Shown piece after piece: positions 39,980 through 48,129 of a DNA stretch of 48,129 nt; positions within the stretch are counted from its first letter, which is position 1, and the number at the start of each line of letters is the position of its first letter. The position numbers were made by a program, and so were the translations under genes. The notes below the pieces were generated by a model. It saw only the letters and a program-made list of their open reading frames with translations, did not search any database and had not been told where the DNA came from. Source of the DNA: Ministeria vibrans ATCC 50519 (Eukaryota > Protista > Filasterea); NCBI GenBank assembly GCA_943704425.1, contig CALSCP010001346.1:1-48129 (forward strand), read 5' to 3'.

Positions 39980-41163
39980 CTCTCTCTCTCAAACTCTCTC
40001 TCTCTCAAACTCTCTCTCTCTCTCAAACTCTCTCTCTCAAACTCTCTCTCTCTCAAACTCTCTCTCTCTCTCAAACTCTCTCTCTCAAACTCTCTCTCCT
40101 CCCTCCTCTCTCTAGTTTTTAAGTAAATACCATCACGTTGATGTAGTTTCTCCAGGCAAACGGAAGTGGACCGTCACCCTTAAGAAGGAACTGGTGAAGA
40201 CGCAAAAAGACACCGAGGTATTCGGGGTGCATTGCAACCATGTGAATCAGATGACTCGCTCGTCCGTCGTGCACAAAGGTATCCACAAGCAGCTCGTACC
40301 CTCGCTCGTCTTCAAGTGTGTTCGTTATGACAAAAAAGGAGCTCGCCTGCATCGCCATGGGCCGTGGACGCGGAATGGGAATCGCATCGCCAAGTGCCCT
40401 TAAGTCCGCTAAAAGTGAGGCACACGCAATGCGAATGTCCTCAAACGGACACCACGTCGACAGACGAAGAACCGTCGGTAGAAACTCCACGAGATACGCG
40501 CGTGCCGTGTCGTCGCCTTTCATCGCCTCGTTGGCCACTCGCATCACCACCTGCTGGTTCTTCTCCAGCACCACACGACGGTCTTCGGCAGCACGAAGGC
40601 CTAGAGCCTGCAAGAAGGGTGGATGAGCGCAAGGACGATGGCGTGGGCAGTGCGGACACATCCGTCATCTGCCCAGAACGTCTCATAGTGTGTTCTTGCT
40701 AACTCCCTGGCTCCCCGCGACACGAATGGAAACGGAAACACTTCCGAGAGACTTTTAAATACCCATAAGACACCCCACACGTAAAAGACACCAGCAATGA
40801 GAGATTGTCTCAGTTTCAATGAGTCAGAGAAAAAAAGAAAAAAAAACGCGCGAGAAACTTTGTCATTTTAACACCAACGCAACCCATTAGACGTCGCCAT
40901 ATTGCTCGTGTTCAGGTTTACGCAATGGGATTCTTCGGTATCGCAGTAGAATTCAGCGAGAATCAACTCGCAACTGTTGAAACGGTTGGCGTTGTTTCAG
41001 CTTTTTTTTTTTTTTCTCTCGCTCTCCCTTTGTCTCTTCTCTCGTTCGTTGTTGGGTCGAGGGTGCGCGACGGCGAGCGCGGCGAGCAGTTGATACGCAG
41101 CTGCAGCGATACCTGGGCGATTTCACGGGCGGTCATGCGCTCCTCGATCTCCGCGTCCGTCAT
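38219..41163 (-). CDS. SESN: Sestrin
   Basis: MHPEYL..F.R..QFLL.GDGPLPFAWRNYINVM|AAAEMGCEYL, KLQNLAYLNTIMAHQPW, QDYSWADHAFSL, GIQNDDYAYSQVN and SEKIHISLL...AELLYAMRALTRHLT*. Confidence 0.95.
39786..40097. repeat. (CT)n and (CTCTCTCAAA)n microsatellite with TATCACTTTG units in a sestrin intron
   Basis: Directly visible. Confidence 0.95.
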
Positions 41164-41611
41164 GGTGGGCGTTTGAAGGGCACACGCGAGCGATTGCAGA
41201 GAGAGGGGGAAGGGGACGCCTTTCGATCACACACGCGAGCGGTTCCAGAGGACGCCTTTCGATCGCACACGCGAGCGTTTCGAGAGAGTGTGTGTCGCCG
41301 GGGGGGAGGGCGGGGACCAGCGGCACGGAGCAGATCAATAAAAAGGAGAGTGGAGAAAAGGGAGGGAAGAGTGACAGCAAGTCTCAAAAATTTAGTGAGT
41401 GATTCAGTGGTAAATGAGTGGTTGTGATTATTTTTGACTAATCATTGATAACAAAATTATTAATATGGACTGTGGAATATACGAATGATCGCAATACCGA
41501 ATGATCACCGCCGCTCCACTGCGTGCCATAGAGTTAAGACCGTTTTGGTGCATGCATGGGAGCAGACCGAGTGTTGTAGTCTTAAGCGGCTTAATTAAGT
41601 ATTGCAATCCT

Positions 41612-41955
41612 TTATTCTCCCAATTTCTTATCCATCTCCATCTTATGAAGTTGCAACTGCGCAAGTCTTTGATCGCGCCATTTCATCCGTTCTTGTAACG
41701 ACTAAACAAAGAACAATAATAGCTCTTAACTGGTAATTATTACTATTCATAATACTCACGTCAGTCGGACATCGCTCGTTCATCTCGCGCGACAATTTGT
41801 CGACCGTTGGGCCAATCATTCGATGCGGTGCAGAGGCACTTGAAACAACTCGTTGAATCCCTTCACTGTACCGTTCAAAGTAGTCACTCGTTCCTACATA
41901 ATAATAAAAAATAAAACGTCATTATAAAGTAATAATAATAATAGTAATAATAATA

Positions 41956-42018
<63 letters not shown>

Positions 42019-43045
42019 GCAGTGGCGATTACATCCATCTTTCGTACCCTTTGGCGCATTCAAATGGATCGTCTCAAATGGGCCCATAAATGACCAGCGG
42101 AGGGCCAGTCCGTCTTTGATGCTCGTGTCCACATCTTCCGCCGAACAGATTCCCTCCTTACATTCCATTGGATTCGATTAGGGAAAAGACATCTTTAGAC
42201 TCTTTTCGTAATAAAATACCTCTACAAGTCGATACGCTTCCATCAGCAGGGCGTCTAAGAAAAAGAAAACAATCCAAAACGAAAAAATAGTATATTAGAC
42301 CATGATTAGTAGAGTACATAAGAAATGCACACATTGAAGTCGATTGACGACAAAGCCGTCCGTCTCGCGCGAGAGCGACACGGGCTTCTGGCGCACCGAT
42401 ATCATAAGCTGACGCGTGCGTTGTTGCACGTCTTGCGACGTCCATGGCGCCGGAATGATTTCAACGACGGGTATGAGTGTTGGCGGATTCACTGGGTGAG
42501 ACACAATGACTTGGGCGCGGTGCTTAAGCGATTGGCTGAAGAGCGACGGCATTAGGCAGCTCGTTGATGACGACAGTACGATTGTCTCGTCGCCAAATTC
42601 GTCACAGAGCGCATCGAGTTCGCCAAAGACGCGCTCTTTCAGCTCGATGCTCTCCGGCACACACTCTTGGACGTGCTGTGCGTCGCTCACTGCGTCGCGA
42701 AGCGTCTCCGCAACTCCCACACGCGTCATCACCTCGTCCACCGTCTGATCCCACAGGAGTCCTTGGTCCGAGAGTGCCTGCAGCTGTTCGCGGATTGATT
42801 CGAGCGCTTGGCTGGCTTGCGATGGAATGGCGTCGAAGAGTGCAACGTTGTGTGAGGCCCGAGAGAAAATCTACACAGAAAGAGCAAGGTCGTTGGCATG
42901 AGCAGTGACAACAGGGGCTTGGCAGGAGCGACGCTTGTCCGTACAATGGCCCAACAACGTCCAATGAGTCCGCTAGAAAGATCAGTCAGTCAATGGGAGT
43001 TGTTTGTTTTGTTGTGTCTCACGATCCAACAATGGCAATCTTCAT
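41612..43045 (-). CDS. CRYL1: Lambda-crystallin / L-gulonate 3-dehydrogenase
   Basis: MKIAIVGS|GLIGRCWA, VQECVPESIELK, SSSTSCL, SHPVNPP.LIPVVE, GFVVNRLQ|YALL, GLALRWSFMGPFETIHLNAP and WRDQRL. Confidence 0.92.
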
Positions 43046-43233
43046 CGATTCAACTGTGTTTTGTAACTTGGTATTATGGACTTATAGGCCTTAGAGGATC
43101 CCCTCTGTTGTTTTTCGAATTATAAAGAAACTGTGTATATAAAACTAAGAAAGTGAAAGTAATCGAGAATAAACAACTCTCACCATCATTCGTTATAACT
43201 TCACACAAAGACACATCTTTTAATTATTATTTG

Positions 43234-44077
43234 ATGGAGCGAATAATGACCTCCCCTGCTACCACACTAGCGTCTGATATTGACCGCATTCGAGGAGAAC
43301 GCGCTGATCGACAAAGACGTGAACTTTCAAGGGCACCTCCAACGAGCGCACGTCCGGCGTCGCGCGTCGACGACATGAGCATCCTTCGCTGCCAATTGGT
43401 GCAGTGGTACTTTCTACGGGCGAGAGCAACCACGTCGAAGGCGGCGTACAGTCGCGATGCCAAAGTAAGTAACGCTCAACACACAACAGTCATAATACGT
43501 TTGTCTCTTAGTCTCAGTGTCACAAAGTGTGGGAGCACACGGAGAAGATTCGCCAGGAAATAGCGGCGCTACAACAGCATATTGCTGCCACACGACTGCG
43601 TCAGCATCTGGATGGTATTGTGAGCATACAACCGGCGCTCTTAGCGGCGCTACTTGCATCTCTTCCCGCCCACCGAGCCCGCTGTCGTCGTCTTGGTGCT
43701 GCCCTTGAGTCGGTGGTACACCGCCTACCTCTCGAGGGGGTTGCTGTCGGAGGTGATCTTGCCGCACTGACGAGCGAGCTCGAGCAGGGCGCAGCGGTCC
43801 TTGAGCGTGTCACACGAGCGACACACTCGCGCGCACAGAATGTAAGCTACCTGCTACCTCAATAATACATATTGATATATATGTGTGTATGTGTGTGTGC
43901 GTGTGTGTGTTTCACACCATTTTCACCTTCGTTGTTTTCTTCTCCCAGGTGATTGCCTTTGCGCAGTCCACGAAACAAACACAGCTGGTCATTCAACAGC
44001 AACAAGCGAAACTGAAAGAGTGCGAGCGTCTCTTGCGCGCCTCAGTCGCCGCTCTCTATGAAGAAATTCTTGTCTAA
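43234..44077 (+). CDS. HAUS8/QWRF-family augmin subunit-like protein, 3 exons
   Basis: LRCQLVQWYFLRARA (QWRF-like), a coiled coil, and LGAALESVVHRLPLEG. Confidence 0.65.
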
Positions 44078-44336
44078 GCCCTAAAGTCTTCTTGGACCCT
44101 TGTACAGCGTAATGTAACACTACGTACCTGTAACGTATCTAACGATACGATTTCAATTATAATTTTACGGTGCATATTGCTATGTTATACGTTATTTTTC
44201 TCTTTCTCGTCCTCCCCGCCACGCTGGCAGTTTGAGCTGGACATTGACAACATAATGAAGAAAGAAGGATACACTAGCGAATGGGGGGTTTTTTATTTTT
44301 GTGTGTGTGTGTGTGTTTTGTACAGAATGATTTCGT

Positions 44337-45656
44337 CTAGGAGTGCGCCAAGTCGAGAATGCGCTTGAGAGCAGAGGGATCTGCAAGACGACGTTTGCGC
44401 TCGGAGACGGGAAGGGAGGAAGAAGGCGCGGGGGAAGCAGTCGTCACAGAGGTAGTGGTGGCGGGGGCAGCGATTGGAGGAGTGGGGTTGGTGTTGACGG
44501 GAGGGGTGCGCAAGAGATCTCTTGGCGTGCGGGCTGGTTGGGGCGGCTGTGCAGTCGTAGTAGCGGTGGTGGTAGTAGTAGTTGTGTCTGATGTCTTTCT
44601 AGGGGGTGTAGAAAGCAGAACAGTGGGGTCAAGGGTGCGGAGGAGCCGCTCGACAAAGGTATCGGCGTGTTCGGCGGCGGCAAGGCCTGCTTGCTTCAAG
44701 GGTGAGTCGGCCTTGGGCGATGTGCCCGGCTCGTCTTGGAGCTGCTGTTGTTGCTGGCGCGTATTGATAAACTCGGCAATGTCTTGAGGATTCAGCAAGG
44801 AACTGAGGAGTTTTGAGTCGAAGGGGAGCGAGTCTTCGTCGGGAGGGTCGGCACGCCGTCGTGGGTGAGTTGATTTGCGGTGTCGTTTCGAAGGGGACAC
44901 TTGTTGTGGCGGTGGTGGCTGGAGCGGGTCTTGTTGCAGTTGCATATGTGTACTTGAAGAAGGAGAAGATGTTGTTGTGGAGGAGCTGGCGGCTGCCGAG
45001 GCGGCGGCGACGGCAAGTGCACTTTCGAGCGACGCAATTCGTCTCGCCTTGTTGGCTGCTTGCGCCTTGGCTCCCGTCGATATCTTTCGTCTCTTTTTCA
45101 CCGGTGGGCTAATGATGGCGTCGTCGTCGTCGTCGTCGTCGTCTTGATTGAAGACCAATTCGTATTCGTCGTCGTCGTCGTTGTCGTCGCCGTTGTCGTG
45201 CTCTCCTGCCCCTACAGCAGCAACACCCGCTTCCTCAACCACCGTCGCCGCGGAACGCTTCCTCTTCGGCTTGCTCTGCTGTTTCCTCGCCGCAGACGAG
45301 ACGGCAGGCGAGGATGGTGACGCTTTGCCTTTCTTCCGGCTGGCAGTGGACTGTTGAGCGGGGGAAACGCGCGCGTCGAGGCGCCGCTGTTCTTCGTTGG
45401 CGCGTAAACGCAGGTAGTCGTTGACGATAGTTTTCAGGGGCACAGGCGACATGTCGGGAGGCGGTGCGCCTACTGCCTCTAGCAGCGACTGTGCCTCGAC
45501 GTTAAGAGAGTCCATGGTGCGCAGGAGATTGGCAGACGCGAGGAATTCTGCAAGGGAAACAAATGTGGGTGAGTCTCGCATACGATGGAAGAGAGCGATC
45601 GGTGTACCGCGAACGAGGACGGCAACGTGTGCATCCGTTGCCGTGGGTGGGTCCAT
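44337..45656 (-). CDS. NPAT-like protein (N-terminal LisH, disordered middle, C-terminal helix)
   Basis: After removing a short intron: HVAVLVR|EFLASANLLRTMDSLNVEA (LisH)...PLKTIVNDYLRLR. It has many S/TP sites and basic NLS clusters and ends ALKRILDLAHS*. Confidence 0.55.
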   Translation of the reverse strand: MDPPTATDAHVAVLVRGTPIALFHRMRDSPTFVSLAEFLASANLLRTMDSLNVEAQSLLEAVGAPPPDMSPVPLKTIVNDYLRLRANEEQRRLDARVSPAQQSTASRKKGKASPSSPAVSSAARKQQSKPKRKRSAATVVEEAGVAAVGAGEHDNGDDNDDDDEYELVFNQDDDDDDDDAIISPPVKKRRKISTGAKAQAANKARRIASLESALAVAAASAAASSSTTTSSPSSSTHMQLQQDPLQPPPPQQVSPSKRHRKSTHPRRRADPPDEDSLPFDSKLLSSLLNPQDIAEFINTRQQQQQLQDEPGTSPKADSPLKQAGLAAAEHADTFVERLLRTLDPTVLLSTPPRKTSDTTTTTTTATTTAQPPQPARTPRDLLRTPPVNTNPTPPIAAPATTTSVTTASPAPSSSLPVSERKRRLADPSALKRILDLAHS

Positions 45657-45796
45657 GATGATCAAAAAAAATAAATTATAATGACTTAACTACTTTCCTC
45701 TATGTTGATATTAATTTCATGTACAATGCACGTTGACTACAAGTGATATTTAGGGGGCTTTTTTGTGTCCTCGGCCCATTTCCTGCTCGCCTCTTC

Positions 45797-46703
45797 TTAC
45801 AACTTCTCCAGTGATAATGTCGTTAATCTACACCGTACAAAAAAGAGGATCAGAAAGAGTTCTCTATTAGGTTTGTTGAATACCCTTCTAGCAGATCAAA
45901 AACATCATCGTTCACCTCCAGTGATCCGTCGAGGTGTTTTCGTACTCGCTCAAGAACATCCTCCGGACCTTGTGGATCGTCTGCACCGTTGCCCAACGAC
46001 TGAGACACCGCTGCGAGCAGGTCGACGACATGACGAATTTCGGTGAGCAGCTGGGGAGTCGCACTGGTGAATTTGCGCAGCACACGTAATCGACCGCTTG
46101 CATAATGGATGGGTGTGTTGCCACGAGCGTCGCGTTGGGAGGGAGAGGCGCCGCCTTGAATGAGAGCTGTGATGGCCGCAATGTGATTGGTGCAGGCGGC
46201 AAGGTGCAGAGGCGCATTGCCTTGGCGATCGACACTGCTCACGGAGGCGCCGCTCTCGACGAGAAAGTTAATCATGGCCACGTTTCCCTTGGTGGCAGCA
46301 AAGTGCGCCGCTGTGCGACCAAGGTCGTCTGCAGCGTTGACATTCACAGCGGCATCGACAAGTTCACGGACTCGCTCAATATTTTCCCTTGCCACCGCTC
46401 GACGCAGCTCCTCCTCGCGCGACTCTTTCGTTGGCGCTCGTGCAGCACGAGTAGCCACCGTAGCCGGCGCCACTCGGTGGTCAAGACGCAAACGTCGTCG
46501 TCGGCTCACTTTGCCGTGAAAATCATGTTGCACTTCAGACTGTTCCTCTTCGAATCTGACATGAAGCGCAAATTAGATATGATGATCTCCATAAATGACG
46601 CACGCACTGTTCTATTGCTCTTATATCTTCGTCGGTTGGCAGGCGCGGGAGCTTCCGAGGAGGAATTGGCGGAGGACTGTCCATCAAGTAAAAAAAATGA
46701 CAT
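45797..46703 (-). CDS. ANKRD54: Ankyrin repeat domain protein 54-like
   Basis: AADDLGRTAAHFAATKGN, GNAPLHLAACTNH, GNTPIHYA and a spliced C-terminus DLLEG|LTTLSLEKL*. Confidence 0.8.
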
Positions 46704-46789
46704 AATTTGAGACTTTGAGTTTGTTTTGACTCATTACTCATTTGAGATTTCACTCCATTCAGTGCTCACAATTCACAAATTCACTGTTT

Positions 46790-47485
46790 TTACATTTCCT
46801 TTTGTGCCATTTGAAAAAGAAGTGATAGATGGCGGACATTCGGGTGAACGATGTGTCGTCGACAACACAGGAAAAGGCGGTGATTCATCATGTACAACAC
46901 ACACAACTTTGAAAGACTCTCCTTGATCGGTCTCCTTCCTCTTTCGTCCGCTCTCTTATCCCGCTGTGCAGATGCCTTGCCAGATTGACTGTAACTCTGA
47001 CGCGCCTGTGAGCACATACCTTGTTGTGACTGGCGAGAATGGCGAAGATTTGACGGGTACTGCAACACATTGAAACGTCTTTGCTCACCGCAACGCGCTT
47101 GCCTGTGTCTTTCAGGCCAGCCTGGCGAAGTGAAGGAATCGCACTTCCGAGGACGTTTAATACGCGGGATTGACCTGCCGTTGCCAGAGAACGCGTCTGG
47201 TACAGATTGATGAAGGAGAGTTGTGAGACAGTCGAGTCTCACCATGCTCTTCCTAGGGTTTGTGTTGAAAGAGAGTCGCGTGCCTTCAAACGACACGGAC
47301 GAACGTGTGTGGTCAGTGGCGGAGCGATTTGACAAAATCACCCGTTGGGACTTGGAGGTGAGTTGGACGACTCTTGTTGACTCCTTTGACGTTTTGTGCT
47401 CTGCGATAGGCCACTCCGACCGCGAATGACACTGTTCGTCGCAGCTTTGAATGGATGGCGCTCTCGTCGTCGCTTCACGCGCCAT
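46790..47485 (-). CDS. Hypothetical protein
   Basis: Open frame of about 230 codons from the ATG at 47485, basic and Ser-rich, with no recognised domain; the 3' part may be spliced. Confidence 0.4.
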   Translation of the reverse strand: MAREATTRAPSIQSCDEQCHSRSEWPIAEHKTSKESTRVVQLTSKSQRVILSNRSATDHTRSSVSFEGTRLSFNTNPRKSMVRLDCLTTLLHQSVPDAFSGNGRSIPRIKRPRKCDSFTSPGWPERHRQARCGEQRRFNVLQYPSNLRHSRQSQQGMCSQARQSYSQSGKASAQRDKRADERGRRPIKESLSKLCVLYMMNHRLFLCCRRHIVHPNVRHLSLLFQMAQKEM

Positions 47486-47769
47486 TGTAATATCATTTTG
47501 TAAGAAATAAATAAACAAACAACAAAGTCAATAGAACTTGCGCCTGCTCAACTCTGTGTCACCGCCGTGATTGGTTATTGTAATTACACCTCATCATAAT
47601 TATTAAGAAGAAGAAGAAGAAGAATACAACCCATTTATGAATGATAGAGTCACCATATTAATTATTTGTAGCTGAAAAGCTCTTATTTCTGTTAAAACGG
47701 AAAAGTTTATAGTTAAACTCAGTAAACTCACTTAGTTTAAACAATCATTTTCTTCGCTTCACATTCAGC

Positions 47770-47997
47770 ATGCCAGGCGACATCCCAATGACCCCGACAA
47801 CGCCGGCGCCGCCAAAGGCCAAGCCGCTGCAGCGTGTGCTCAACGAGACTGCAACGGCGACCATTCGAACCAACGTCTCACTCCTCTCCAAACTCGTCCA
47901 CAGCAGCGTAAGTGTTTCGCCTCCCTCCCAACCCCGCATAGTCCTTTTGCATGGCCACGCACTCATCCTCCGCATTGCGCCCACACAATTGTCTTCT

Positions 47998-48034
<37 letters not shown>

Positions 48035-48129
48035 ATCTCTCTCTCTGTCGTCTCTCCTTCTGGTACAGGCTGCAAGAATGAGCAAAAGTTTATCCCTTGA
48101 CATGTCAGGACGACAGGGCGACAAGGGCG
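47770..48129 (+). CDS. Hypothetical protein, 3'-partial (exon 1 47770-47907, exon 2 from 48069)
   Basis: MPGDIPMTP...LLSKLVHSS, a GTAAGT donor, a CT-rich intron, a TACAG acceptor, then AARMSKSL to the window end. Confidence 0.5.

Noticed and set aside
44231-44330. Exon-like FELDIDNIMKKEGYTSEWG after the HAUS8-like stop
   Set aside because: It cannot be joined in frame with confidence; possibly an alternative 3' exon or UTR.

Overview
Gene-dense eukaryotic nuclear DNA with short GT-AG introns, CTRAC-type branch points and many (CT)n, (TAA)n and (TG)n microsatellites. It is probably a flagellated unicellular holozoan or related opisthokont; this is an inference from KIF3A-type kinesin-2, MSK, sestrin, ANKRD54, NPAT-like and CRYL1 genes. 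About 25 genes or gene fragments were rebuilt by hand across introns: chlorophyllase-like hydrolase, DddQ/DddL-like cupin (DMSP-lyase family), POLA2, NOL9/Grc3, VAC14, a GT-A glycosyltransferase-like protein, EAF, MSK-like kinase, RAD50, KIF3A, GH99 endomannosidase, RasGEF, a WD40 protein, Zn-dependent threonine dehydrogenase, ankyrin proteins, sestrin, CRYL1, HAUS8/QWRF, NPAT-like, ANKRD54 and several hypotheticals. At three simple-repeat junctions, conserved genes (POLA2, VAC14, MSK and RAD50) stop abruptly; missing sequence in the assembly is the likeliest cause. The most interesting signals are a bacterial-type cupin DMSP-lyase gene tail-to-tail with a chlorophyllase-like gene, an NPAT-like protein, E2F and RFX motifs inside early introns next to tiny bidirectional promoters, a 73-bp same-strand spacer carrying a donor-less splice acceptor, a sestrin with an altered leucine pocket, and a dispersed intronic minisatellite family. 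No tRNA, rRNA, CRISPR array or transposase was recognised. Exon boundaries and family calls come from reading the sequence, not from database searches.
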